This document shows, in pieces, positions 1-8,196 of a stretch of DNA of 58,660 nucleotides. A program made the position numbers and the translations under genes. The notes under the pieces are model-generated. The model did not search any database. It was not told the origin of the DNA and saw only the letters and a list, made by a program, of their open reading frames with translations. The DNA lies in assembly GCA_052386775.1 (NCBI GenBank), contig JBQTJV010000044.1, positions 1-58,660 on the forward strand, written 5' to 3'. Each line of letters begins with the position of its first letter. Within the stretch, counting starts at the first letter, position 1. The stretch comes from Betaproteobacteria bacterium. Its GTDB lineage: Bacteria; Pseudomonadota; Gammaproteobacteria; Burkholderiales; SG8-41.

Positions 1-37
1 GCGTCTCCTTGCCGGTCCGGAGATATCATGGACTGCG

Positions 38-65
38 TATAATGTATATTATGTAAAATTACATA
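38..65. promoter_or_regulatory. AT-rich island with an exact TATAAT (38-43) and the inverted repeat TATGTAA-aa-TTACATA (50-65); candidate promoter/operator
   Basis: Read directly from the sequence. It is a nearly pure A/T stretch in a GC-rich context. The arms 50-56 and 59-65 are exact reverse complements. Confidence 0.3.
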
Positions 66-338
66 TATAAGGCAAAAACCTCCCGGCCTTCCGTCCCAGC
101 CCTTCGATCGTCCCTGCTCACCACGGACCGCTTGCACCTAAGGTCACCGAACCGCTACCCAAAAAACATGGCCGCGCGACAGACTCCGCCCGTCGTTCTG
201 GGTATTTTGTAGGCACAACTCCGACATACGAGGCGGAAAATGGATCAGCGAAACCCCGTTCATCCGTTGGCCAGCGGGCCCAGACCAGAGGCGTGGTTGC
301 CGCGATAGCGGGGCTACATACGGCCCCTAAAACCCGAT

Positions 339-587
339 ATGCCGCGAGGAAAAGAGACCCCGGTGGAGATGGCGCGGCGTCATGTGCGCGAACAGCAGGA
401 GCGCATTGAACGGCTCGCCGCCAACATCGAGGAAATGAACGCCGCCGGCCTTAAGACCAATGAGCTGGAGCGGCTGCTGCATATCCAGGAGGGACTGCTG
501 GAGCTGCTGTACGAGCACGTAAAGCGCTGGGAGCAGCTCGAACTCTCGTACGGACGACGCAATCCTCAGACCGGATCATCCCCGTGA
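339..587 (+). CDS. hypothetical small protein (82 aa), charged and probably coiled-coil
   Basis: ATG ORF with GC-rich third positions typical of this genome. No recognisable domain. Confidence 0.45.
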   Translation: MPRGKETPVEMARRHVREQQERIERLAANIEEMNAAGLKTNELERLLHIQEGLLELLYEHVKRWEQLELSYGRRNPQTGSSP

Positions 588-616
588 CCGCGGCGCCGGG
601 GGCTGCGGGACGGGGT

Positions 617-994
617 CTATTGGGCCGCGGCCACTCTAAGGCCGGCCCGTGAGCGCAGCAACGTGTCCCCGATGTGATAGCGGGCGGGATTGTGGGGCGC
701 CGCGCGCTTCAGCGACGACAGGGGCTTCAGCCCTACTTTGGTCACAGCGCCCTCCTCTACTTCAAGCACGCACAACTCGGCATGTCCCAGCGCCATGCGG
801 TAGCCGCAGCGCGGCGCGCCGTAGCAGCTTTGCTTGAGGTAATTTCCGAGCGAGATGCGCCGATCCAGACCGGGCAGGGAAAGGCCGTAGAAATCTGCCA
901 GCACTTCCAGACTTTGATTTCCGCTGAAGGTAAAACCGGCGAAGAACTCATCTTGCGAGACAGCGCTTCTGGTGTGCGCCTGGGTCCCATCCAT
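617..994 (-). CDS. hypothetical protein (125 aa)
   Basis: ATG start preceded by a strong Shine-Dalgarno sequence GGAGGAG (reverse complement of about 1003-1009). No recognisable domain. Confidence 0.55.
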   Translation of the reverse strand: MDGTQAHTRSAVSQDEFFAGFTFSGNQSLEVLADFYGLSLPGLDRRISLGNYLKQSCYGAPRCGYRMALGHAELCVLEVEEGAVTKVGLKPLSSLKRAAPHNPARYHIGDTLLRSRAGLRVAAAQ

Positions 995-1378
995 ATTTTA
1001 GGACTCCTCCAAACCTGCGTGACTCCCCAACCTGACGGTACTTGCGACGCGTTATATATCTTCGAGCCTATTTCAAGACGCCGATCAGCAGCCCGCAGCG
1101 AGCGACATCCGTGCCACTTTGAGTAACCTGCGTGAAATCAAGCGCCCCGTACGGCCCATGGCCGGGCCGGTGTTGCCGGATGACGACGCGTGCAATTAAC
1201 GCTCACTCAAGAGGTTGATATGGCTTACTATCGCCTGTCGCTATCGGGCGACGTCGGCCATGTGGAAGCGACGTTCCGCGACACATGCCCCTGACCCGCG
1301 CCGCAGGTAAGGTGTGCACGCTGCAGTGCTATACTTTTTCGCAACCGCAGGACTCACGCTAAGCAGGGAGAAAAATCG

Positions 1379-1660
1379 ATGTATCGCTCAGTGGAAAAAG
1401 TGGTTACGGAATACATCTTTGCGGTCGGCAACCTGGAGTTTCGGGTGAAGGGCCGCATCAGCGAGAAGCTGGGCAGCGGACTCAACACCCCGCTGCCTTT
1501 TTCGTGGACCGTCAGCCACCACTACCGGACTTCGAAGGACGCGCCGGGCGTGGCCATGCCCGCCAAGACCGACTGCGCGTCCAGGGAAGAAGCCGAACGG
1601 CTGCTCTTCACCTACGTTCGGAGCTTTACGGACGTCGTCGAACCGAATCGCTTCTATTGA
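1379..1660 (+). CDS. hypothetical protein (93 aa)
   Basis: ATG preceded by AGGGAGAAAAATCG (Shine-Dalgarno-like). No recognisable domain. Confidence 0.5.
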   Translation: MYRSVEKVVTEYIFAVGNLEFRVKGRISEKLGSGLNTPLPFSWTVSHHYRTSKDAPGVAMPAKTDCASREEAERLLFTYVRSFTDVVEPNRFY

Positions 1661-1676
1661 TTCCCCAGGTATCCTT

Positions 1677-2102
1677 TCACGCGCTCGCCTTCCGCCAGCG
1701 CAGCCACACCCGCAGTTTCCGGAAATCTTCGCCGTTCAGGCTGTCCGCCATGATCACCGCGTGATGGGCGAAGCGGCTTTTTTCGGTTCTGAGGCTCAGA
1801 ACCGTGAGGTAGGGTCCAACGAAACTGGACTCGAGCAGCGTTGCGGCACACCAATCGCCCTGCCGCGTCTGGATTGACAGCTTACCGTCCTCCCCCAGTT
1901 CCAGTGCCGTGATCGAACTCACGGCGCGCAGCAACGCGGGACCGCGCAGTGCGTTCACGCAGCTTGCCGCGATGCTGAGCATGATGAGCAACTGCGCCAC
2001 GCCCGGCAGGTCCACGACCAGCGCTACCGCGGCCGCCCCTCCATGCGCCAACCCGATCAGGATCATGAGATGACGCGAGGAATGAAGATAAATCCTTACC
2101 AT
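1677..2102 (-). CDS. YgfX/CptA-like inner membrane protein (DUF1434 family)
   Basis: 141 aa with two N-terminal hydrophobic helices followed by a soluble tail. The tail ends ...MADSLNGEDFRKLRVWLRWR. This mirrors E. coli YgfX in architecture and in its C-terminal D/E-x-(E/D)-(F/W)-R-x-L-R motif, as recalled from memory. Confidence 0.6.
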   Translation of the reverse strand: MVRIYLHSSRHLMILIGLAHGGAAAVALVVDLPGVAQLLIMLSIAASCVNALRGPALLRAVSSITALELGEDGKLSIQTRQGDWCAATLLESSFVGPYLTVLSLRTEKSRFAHHAVIMADSLNGEDFRKLRVWLRWRKASA

Positions 2103-2186
2103 CGAAAATCAGACCATTTCTGCTGCATCGCGCCAAAATCAGGGAACGTAGAGGACTCATCGAGCACTAACGCATTCTAGGCCCCC

Positions 2187-3329
2187 ATGGAACAACCGGT
2201 ACAGCTCAATCCCCCGACCAACACCGTTGTCAGCACCACGGTCGGGGATCTTTATCCGCTGGTGCTGGCGCAGATGCGCGAGTTTGCGGTCGTCTTGCTC
2301 GACGTCAAGGGCCTCGTCCTGTGGCTCAACGTCAGCGCGGAGGAGCTTTTCGGGCTCAAGATGGAAAACGCCGCCGGCAAGAAGGGCGACCTCATTTTCA
2401 CGCCCGAGGACATCGCTCATGGCGTATTCGAACACGAGATGGCGACCGCGGCAGCCCAGGGTTCCATGGAAAACGACCGCTGGATGATGCGGGCCGACGG
2501 CAGCCGATTCTGGGCAAATGGCGTCATGTTCCCGCTTCGGCGCGCCGACGGCGAACTGGCCGGATTCTGCAAGATGCTGCGCGATCGCACCGACCTGCAG
2601 CAGCAGTTGAGCACCTTGCGCAACGAGATCCATGCACTGGTCGAGCGCGGTCAGCAGAAGGACGAGGTTCTCGCGGTCGCGGCGCATGAGCTGCGCAACC
2701 CGCTGTTTGCGACGACGGTGGCGGTGGACACGCTGCGGCGGGTCGTGCAGGACGCCCCGCAACAGCCCTTCGACGTGATCGAGCGCCAACTGCAGACGAT
2801 GAGGCGCCTGCTCGATGACGTTACCGACGCGACGCAGGCGAGCACCGGCCGGCTGAAGCTGAAGCGCGAACGGCTCGACCTGCGAGACATCATCCTGCGC
2901 GCGCTGGAAACCATGCGGCCCGCGATTCAGTCCCGACGCCATATCGTGAACGAGGTGCTCCTGCCGGTGCCGATCCCGGTGACCGGCGACCCCGACCGGC
3001 TCCAGCAGGTCCTGCGCAACCTGATCGACAACGCGGTGAAATACACCGCGCCCGGCGGCGTCATCGGCATCGAAGCCACCATGGAAGGCAGCGAGGCGGT
3101 GATCAAGATCGAAGACAACGGTGTCGGCGTGGCGGCCGACATGCAAACGGAGATCTTCGATCTGTTCACCCGGGCCGCCAATCCGGACGACGTGGATGAG
3201 CGGGGGTTGGGCATCGGGCTTTCGCTCGTCAAGAATCTCGTCGTCCAGCACGGCGGCACGGTACAGGTGCGCAGCAACGGCCTCGGAAAAGGCAGCGAAT
3301 TCACCGTAAGGCTGCCGCTCACGTCCTGA
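2187..3329 (+). CDS. soluble PAS-domain sensor histidine kinase (HisKA + HATPase_c)
   Basis: H-box AAHELRNPL, N-box LRNLIDNAVKY, G-boxes EDNGVGV and GLGIGLSLV. PAS-like N-terminal half. No TM segment. Confidence 0.9.
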   Translation: MEQPVQLNPPTNTVVSTTVGDLYPLVLAQMREFAVVLLDVKGLVLWLNVSAEELFGLKMENAAGKKGDLIFTPEDIAHGVFEHEMATAAAQGSMENDRWMMRADGSRFWANGVMFPLRRADGELAGFCKMLRDRTDLQQQLSTLRNEIHALVERGQQKDEVLAVAAHELRNPLFATTVAVDTLRRVVQDAPQQPFDVIERQLQTMRRLLDDVTDATQASTGRLKLKRERLDLRDIILRALETMRPAIQSRRHIVNEVLLPVPIPVTGDPDRLQQVLRNLIDNAVKYTAPGGVIGIEATMEGSEAVIKIEDNGVGVAADMQTEIFDLFTRAANPDDVDERGLGIGLSLVKNLVVQHGGTVQVRSNGLGKGSEFTVRLPLTS

Positions 3330-3456
3330 CTTCCCCGGGTCCCGGGCGGGAGCGCCCATCGGTATGCTCCAAACGGGCTGTATCCGCCGACTACCGTCTG
3401 TCGCGCTGGCTCGGCATATTTTGCGGACTTGCCATCAACTTGCCGGCGGAGGCCCC

Positions 3457-4194
3457 ATGGAAGTCCAGAACAATCCCGCAGGAAGACTCTACGATCTGCT
3501 CGACGCGGCGCGGCAATACCCGAGCGACGAAAAAACGAAAACCGTGTGGGCCAACGTGCTCGGCGTGCCGGAAAACGACACCGCGACGCTGCTCAAGATG
3601 CTCGCGGATGTCATCGACCTCGTGCGCAAGGCGAAGTCGTCCATCGTGCGGCTCTCCGACATCGACCACAAGCTCTATCTCAAGCCCTTTGAGAACATCG
3701 AAACCCTCCTCTGCCATCTCAATTTCGAGACGCACTGGGAGAACTGGCGCAACCGGCTCGACGATTTCACGCTCTACGGCTTGCAGTTCGGTGCCGACCG
3801 GCTTGCGCGCTCCAGCGATGCCACGCCGATCAAGGACGACCAGCTCGAAGCGCTGCGCACCGAGCTGGATGACCTCATCAGCCACGTCCTCGAATCGCAT
3901 CTGCCGCCGGATCTGAAGAAGCTTTTCCTGCGTAACCTGGAAGCGCTGCGGCAGGCATGGGCGACCTACCGTATTCGCGGACTGGAAGGGTTCGAACAGG
4001 AACTGGAGCGCTCGTGCGGCTCCATCCTGCTGCACAAGGACCAGATCCGCTCGTCCCCGGCAAACAGCGCCGAGCGCAAGCTATGGGAGGGATTCCTCAA
4101 GCTCGTAGATCGCTTGAACAAGCAGGTGACGCTCGCGAAGAACGTGAAAGGCTTTGGCGGCGCCCCGCTCGTCGAGCACTTCATGGGCCGCTGA
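3457..4194 (+). CDS. hypothetical all-helical protein (245 aa), no recognised domain
   Basis: Internal ATG at 3457 preceded by GGCGGAGG 5 nt upstream. Coding-like codon bias. The longer ORF from 3364 lacks a Shine-Dalgarno sequence. Confidence 0.7.
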   Translation: MEVQNNPAGRLYDLLDAARQYPSDEKTKTVWANVLGVPENDTATLLKMLADVIDLVRKAKSSIVRLSDIDHKLYLKPFENIETLLCHLNFETHWENWRNRLDDFTLYGLQFGADRLARSSDATPIKDDQLEALRTELDDLISHVLESHLPPDLKKLFLRNLEALRQAWATYRIRGLEGFEQELERSCGSILLHKDQIRSSPANSAERKLWEGFLKLVDRLNKQVTLAKNVKGFGGAPLVEHFMGR

Positions 4195-4199
4195 TCACG

Positions 4200-4224
4200 A
4201 AAAACGGCGCTGCCGTCACGGCAG
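4200..4224 (-). terminator. possible intrinsic terminator hairpin at the end of the sucAB-lpdA-zapE operon
   Basis: CTGCCG-tca-CGGCAG (4210-4224), or alternatively ACGGC-gct-GCCGT (4204-4216), followed on the minus strand by a T-run (A-run 4200-4204 on plus). It overlaps the zapE stop codon. Confidence 0.3.
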
Positions 4225-5388
4225 ATGCGGTTGCGCCAGATAATTGCGCGTCTGCATCTCGGTCAGGCGGCTGACGAGCCGCTCCTTGAGCGACACATTC
4301 AGCCCGGCCTGGAAACGATCGCTTCTTTCGGCCGCATCGATCAATTCCGGAGCCGGCCGGGCGGCGGCGATGATCATATTGACCCGGCGATCATAAAACT
4401 CGTCGATCAGCCACACGAACCGGCGCAGCTTGTCGGTGTCGCCTGCGGCAAACTTCGGCACACCTGACAGCAGCACGGTGTGGTAGCGGCGCGCGAGCTC
4501 GATGTAGTCCGCCTTGGCGCGCGGGCCCTCGCAGAGCTCGGCGAAATCAAACCACGCCACGCCGCGAGCCTCGCGTCGCACCCGGATCGTTCTGCCCTCG
4601 ATCTGCAGCTCCCCGGACCCGGCCGGCTCACCGCCGCCCACCGCTTCGAAAGCGGCCGCGAGCCGGCCGTCGGCGCCCGCTCCGACGTGGTAGACCCCGG
4701 CGCGCTCCAGTTCGCGCAGACGGTAATCCGTGCCTCCCTGGACATGCACAACCTCGAGATTCTTCTTGATCAGATCGATCGCCGGCAGGAACTGGTTGCG
4801 CTGCAGTCCATAGCGATACAGCTCTTCCGGCGCAAAGTTCGACGTGGTGACCAGCACGAGCCTTTGCTCGAGCATGCCCTCCAGCAGCCGACGCATCAAC
4901 ATCGCGTCGGTGATGTCGGTAATGTGAAACTCATCCAGGCACACGAGGTCGACCTGTCGCGCGACGTCGCGCGCTATGGCGGCCAGCGGCTCCGCCCGGC
5001 CCTGGTGCGCCGTCAGACCTTGGTGTATTTCCTGCATGAAGCGGTGAAAATGCGAGCGGCGCTTGCGTGCTACCGGGAGGCATTTGAAAAATCCGTCCAT
5101 CAGAAAACTCTTGCCGCGGCCGACCCCTCCCCACAGATAGATGCCGCGCACCGGCCGGCGTCTCGCAAGCAGTCGCGCGAACCCGGTTGTCCGCCGGCCC
5201 TGACCTGTCAGCTCGTCATGGAGCCGGTCGAATGACTGCAGCGCCTGCTCCTGTGCCGCATCCAGTGTGAACCCATGCGCGCGCGCGTAACCGCGCATGC
5301 ACTGCGCCAGAACGGAATCGGAAAGCGCGGGGGAAGAGAGGTCGTTGCGGTGAACGCAGTGATCGGGCGGCGCGGTATCGTTGCTCAC
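4216..5388 (-). CDS. zapE: AFG1-family ATPase / cell division protein ZapE
   Basis: Walker [13 protein letters not shown] and AFG1-like length. The GTG start overlaps the lpdA stop (GTGA). Confidence 0.9.
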   Translation of the reverse strand: MSNDTAPPDHCVHRNDLSSPALSDSVLAQCMRGYARAHGFTLDAAQEQALQSFDRLHDELTGQGRRTTGFARLLARRRPVRGIYLWGGVGRGKSFLMDGFFKCLPVARKRRSHFHRFMQEIHQGLTAHQGRAEPLAAIARDVARQVDLVCLDEFHITDITDAMLMRRLLEGMLEQRLVLVTTSNFAPEELYRYGLQRNQFLPAIDLIKKNLEVVHVQGGTDYRLRELERAGVYHVGAGADGRLAAAFEAVGGGEPAGSGELQIEGRTIRVRREARGVAWFDFAELCEGPRAKADYIELARRYHTVLLSGVPKFAAGDTDKLRRFVWLIDEFYDRRVNMIIAAARPAPELIDAAERSDRFQAGLNVSLKERLVSRLTEMQTRNYLAQPHLP

Positions 5389-6806
5389 AGGTTGAGCGTG
5401 CGCCTGTCCACGGCGAGCGCCGCTTCCTTTATCGCCTCTGCCAGCGACGGATGCGCATGACAGATGAGCGCGATGTCCTCCGCTGCGGCACCGAACTCCA
5501 TGGCGACCACGGCCTCGGAAATCAGCTCGGAGGCCATCGGGCCGATGATGTGGGCACCCAGTATGCGATCGGTCTTCGCATCCGCAAGCAGCTTGGCAAA
5601 CCCGGTGGTATCGCCCAGCGCGCGGGCTCGCCCATTTGCCATGAACGGAAAGCTGCCGGCGCGATATTCCACGCCTTCGGCCTTAAGCTGCTGTTCGGTC
5701 TTTCCCACCCAGGCGATTTCCGGGGAGGTGTAGATTACCCACGGCACGGTATTGAAGTCCACATGCCCGTGCTGCCCGGCGATGCGCTGAGCCACGGCAA
5801 CCCCCTCCTCTTCGGCCTTGTGTGCAAGCATCGGTCCGCGCACCACGTCGCCGATCGCCCATACGTTGGCCAGGTTCGTCCGGCATTCGCCGTCCACCGC
5901 GACAAAACCCCGCTCGTCGAGCTTTAGACCGACCGTTTCGGCGCCGAGACCGGATGTGTTGGGCGCCCTGCCGATGGCAACGATCAGCCGGTCGAACGTC
6001 GCGGTCTGCACCTTGCCGGTGTTGTCGGTGTATTCGACGCCGACATTCTTCTTTGCCGTGACGCGTGTGATGCTGACGCCCGTCAGTATCTTCAATCCCT
6101 GCTTGGTGAAGACCTTCCAGGCTTCGGCCGCCACCTGCTCGTCGGCCGCGCCGAGAAACGTCGGCAACGCCTCGAGTATCGTCACCTCCGATCCCAGCCT
6201 GCGCCATACGCTGCCCATTTCGAGCCCGATGACGCCAGCGCCCACGACACCGAGCCGCTTCGGGACATCCGGCATCGCGAGCGCACCGGCATTATCGAGG
6301 ATCAACTCATTGTCGAAGTCGGTGCCCGGCAATGCGCGCGGCGTCGACCCGGTCGCGATAATGATATGCCTGGCCGACAATGTTTCAGGGCTCGCTCCCG
6401 CCACCTTGACTTCCAGGCCGCCATTCGCGCGCGCCAGGCTGGCGCGGCCATGGAAAAAAGTGATCTTGTTCTTCCTGAAGAGATAAACGATGCCATCGTT
6501 GTTCTGCTTCACGACGCGGTCCTTGCGCTTGAGCATCTGCGCCAGGTCGAGCTCGAGTTCCTTGATCTGCACGCCGTGTTCCGCGAAGGAATGGCCGGCA
6601 TGCTCGTAATTTTCCGACGACTGGAGCAAGGCCTTCGAGGGAATGCAGCCGACGTTGGTGCAGGTGCCCCCGAGCGCCGGCTTGCCGTCGCCGGCCTTCC
6701 ATTCGTCGATGCAGGCCGTGTGCAGCCCCAGTTGCGCTGCGCGGATCGCCGCGATGTATCCTCCCGGCCCGCCACCGATCACCACCACGTCGAATTGTTT
6801 GCTCAT
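5385..6806 (-). CDS. lpdA: dihydrolipoyl dehydrogenase (E3)
   Basis: FAD-binding motif [11 protein letters not shown], redox-active disulfide [14 protein letters not shown]-terminal HAHPSLAE. Confidence 0.97.
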   Translation of the reverse strand: MSKQFDVVVIGGGPGGYIAAIRAAQLGLHTACIDEWKAGDGKPALGGTCTNVGCIPSKALLQSSENYEHAGHSFAEHGVQIKELELDLAQMLKRKDRVVKQNNDGIVYLFRKNKITFFHGRASLARANGGLEVKVAGASPETLSARHIIIATGSTPRALPGTDFDNELILDNAGALAMPDVPKRLGVVGAGVIGLEMGSVWRRLGSEVTILEALPTFLGAADEQVAAEAWKVFTKQGLKILTGVSITRVTAKKNVGVEYTDNTGKVQTATFDRLIVAIGRAPNTSGLGAETVGLKLDERGFVAVDGECRTNLANVWAIGDVVRGPMLAHKAEEEGVAVAQRIAGQHGHVDFNTVPWVIYTSPEIAWVGKTEQQLKAEGVEYRAGSFPFMANGRARALGDTTGFAKLLADAKTDRILGAHIIGPMASELISEAVVAMEFGAAAEDIALICHAHPSLAEAIKEAALAVDRRTLNL

Positions 6807-6841
6807 TTTTCCGGCCGCCGAGAGACTGATTCAAACCGTCT

Positions 6842-6928
6842 TCCCGGTGAAAGCCGGGATCCATATGCTGTTCCTGAATTCCGGCGTACGCCGGAATGAC
6901 GAGCGCTGCGGCGCACGCCGGAATGACG
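6842..6928. repeat. REP-like element cluster, family A (CGCCGGAATGACG type)
   Basis: Hairpin TCCCGG-tgaaag-CCGGGA (6842-6859). Perfect 18-bp palindrome TTCCGGCGTACGCCGGAA (6879-6896). Direct repeat ACGCCGGAATGACG at 6888-6901 and 6915-6928. Confidence 0.6.
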
Positions 6929-6935
6929 CCCTTCG

Positions 6936-8180
6936 TTAAACATCCAGCAGCATGCGCGCCGGATCCTCCAGCGCGTCTTTGATCGCGACCAGACTCAGCA
7001 CCGCCTCGCGCCCGTCGATGATACGATGATCATAGGAGAGCGCGAGATAGTTCATCGGCCGCACCACGATCTGCCCGTTCTCGACCACCGGGCGCTCCTT
7101 GGTAAGGTGTATGCCGAGGATCGCACTCTGCGGCGGATTGATGATCGGCGTCGAAAGCATGGAGCCGAAGACGCCGCCGTTCGAAATCGAAAACGTGCCG
7201 CCCGTCAGGTCCTCGATTGCGAGCTTGCCTTCCTGTGCGCGCCTGCCGAAATCCGCAATCGTCTTCTCGATCTCCGCGAGCGAAAGCTGATCGGCGTTGC
7301 GAATGATGGGCACCACCAGCCCGCGCGGGCCGGCGACCGCGATGCCGATATCGTAGTAGCCGTGATAGATGATGTCGTTGCCGTCGATCGAGGCATTCAC
7401 CACCGGAAACTTCTTCAGCGCGTAGACCGACGCCTTCACGAAGAACGACATGAAGCCGAGCTTCACGCCGTGTTCCTTTTCGAAGCGGTCCTTGTAGCGG
7501 TTGCGCAGCTCGATCACCGGCTGCATGTTCACTTCGTTGAAGGTCGTGAGTATCGCCGCGGTCGACTGCGACTGCACCAGCCGTTCGGCGATGCGGGCCC
7601 GCAGGCGCGACATTGCGACGCGCTGCTCGGGACGATCGCCGAGGCTCCCGATATCCACGGCGGGCGCGGACACGCGCTGCGGCGCCGGGGACGGGGCAGG
7701 CTGTGGTGCGGGCACTCGGGCCGCGGCATCGCCGCCCTTCAGTGCGTCCAGCACGTCGGCCTTGGTGACGCGCCCGCCGCGTCCGGTGCCGCTGATGGTG
7801 CCGGTATCGACCTTGTTTTCGGCGGCGAGCTTCTGCGCAGCCGGCATGGCGGCGCCCGCAGCGGTTCTCGGCTCTGCCTTCGTGGCCGGCTTCTGTGCGG
7901 CAGGCGGCGCTTGCGCCGGTTGTGACTGCGCCGCAGGCTTCGCCTCGGTATCGATGCGTGCGATGATCTCGTTGCTCGTCACCGTGCCACCGTCGCCCTT
8001 GATGATGGCCGTCAGCACGCCCGCGTCGGGCGCGGGGGTTTCCAGCACCACCTTGTCGGTCTCGATGTCGACCAGGTTTTCGTCGCGCTTGACGTAATCG
8101 CCGGCCTTTTTGTGCCAGGTGACGAGCGTCGCCTCCGCCACGGATTCCGAAAGCTGCGGCACCTTCACGTCGATCAGCAT
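6936..8180 (-). CDS. sucB: 2-oxoglutarate dehydrogenase E2, dihydrolipoyllysine-residue succinyltransferase
   Basis: N-terminal lipoyl domain ([11 protein letters not shown]), Ala/Pro linker, PSBD, catalytic domain with SYDHRIIDG. Confidence 0.95.
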   Translation of the reverse strand: MLIDVKVPQLSESVAEATLVTWHKKAGDYVKRDENLVDIETDKVVLETPAPDAGVLTAIIKGDGGTVTSNEIIARIDTEAKPAAQSQPAQAPPAAQKPATKAEPRTAAGAAMPAAQKLAAENKVDTGTISGTGRGGRVTKADVLDALKGGDAAARVPAPQPAPSPAPQRVSAPAVDIGSLGDRPEQRVAMSRLRARIAERLVQSQSTAAILTTFNEVNMQPVIELRNRYKDRFEKEHGVKLGFMSFFVKASVYALKKFPVVNASIDGNDIIYHGYYDIGIAVAGPRGLVVPIIRNADQLSLAEIEKTIADFGRRAQEGKLAIEDLTGGTFSISNGGVFGSMLSTPIINPPQSAILGIHLTKERPVVENGQIVVRPMNYLALSYDHRIIDGREAVLSLVAIKDALEDPARMLLDV

Positions 8181-8196
8181 CGCTGCTCTCCAGGAC

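Noticed and set aside
1-1700. Possible prophage or integrative element remnant at the left edge
   Set aside because: No integrase, recombinase, tRNA target, att-like direct repeats or phage genes are visible. There are only an AT-rich island and orphan ORFs. It is kept as a low-interest observation rather than called a mobile element.
1677-2102. YgfX/CptA plus SdhE/CptB considered as a type IV toxin-antitoxin system
   Set aside because: The two genes are about 10.5 kb apart and in different operons. SdhE sits in its well-established flavinylation-factor context between sdhB and gltA. A TA interpretation is not supported here.
2157-3359. 400-aa minus-strand ORF
   Set aside because: It is antisense to the PAS histidine kinase, whose H, N and G boxes are clear. 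It has no motifs of its own and is a high-GC shadow ORF.
6888-6928. Direct repeats considered as a possible CRISPR array; the 15-nt periodic repeat at 49540-49670 was considered too
   Set aside because: There are only two 14-nt copies with a 13-nt spacer, and they are part of a palindromic REP cluster. The 49.5-kb periodicity is the coding repeat of the MXKDX protein. No cas genes are present.
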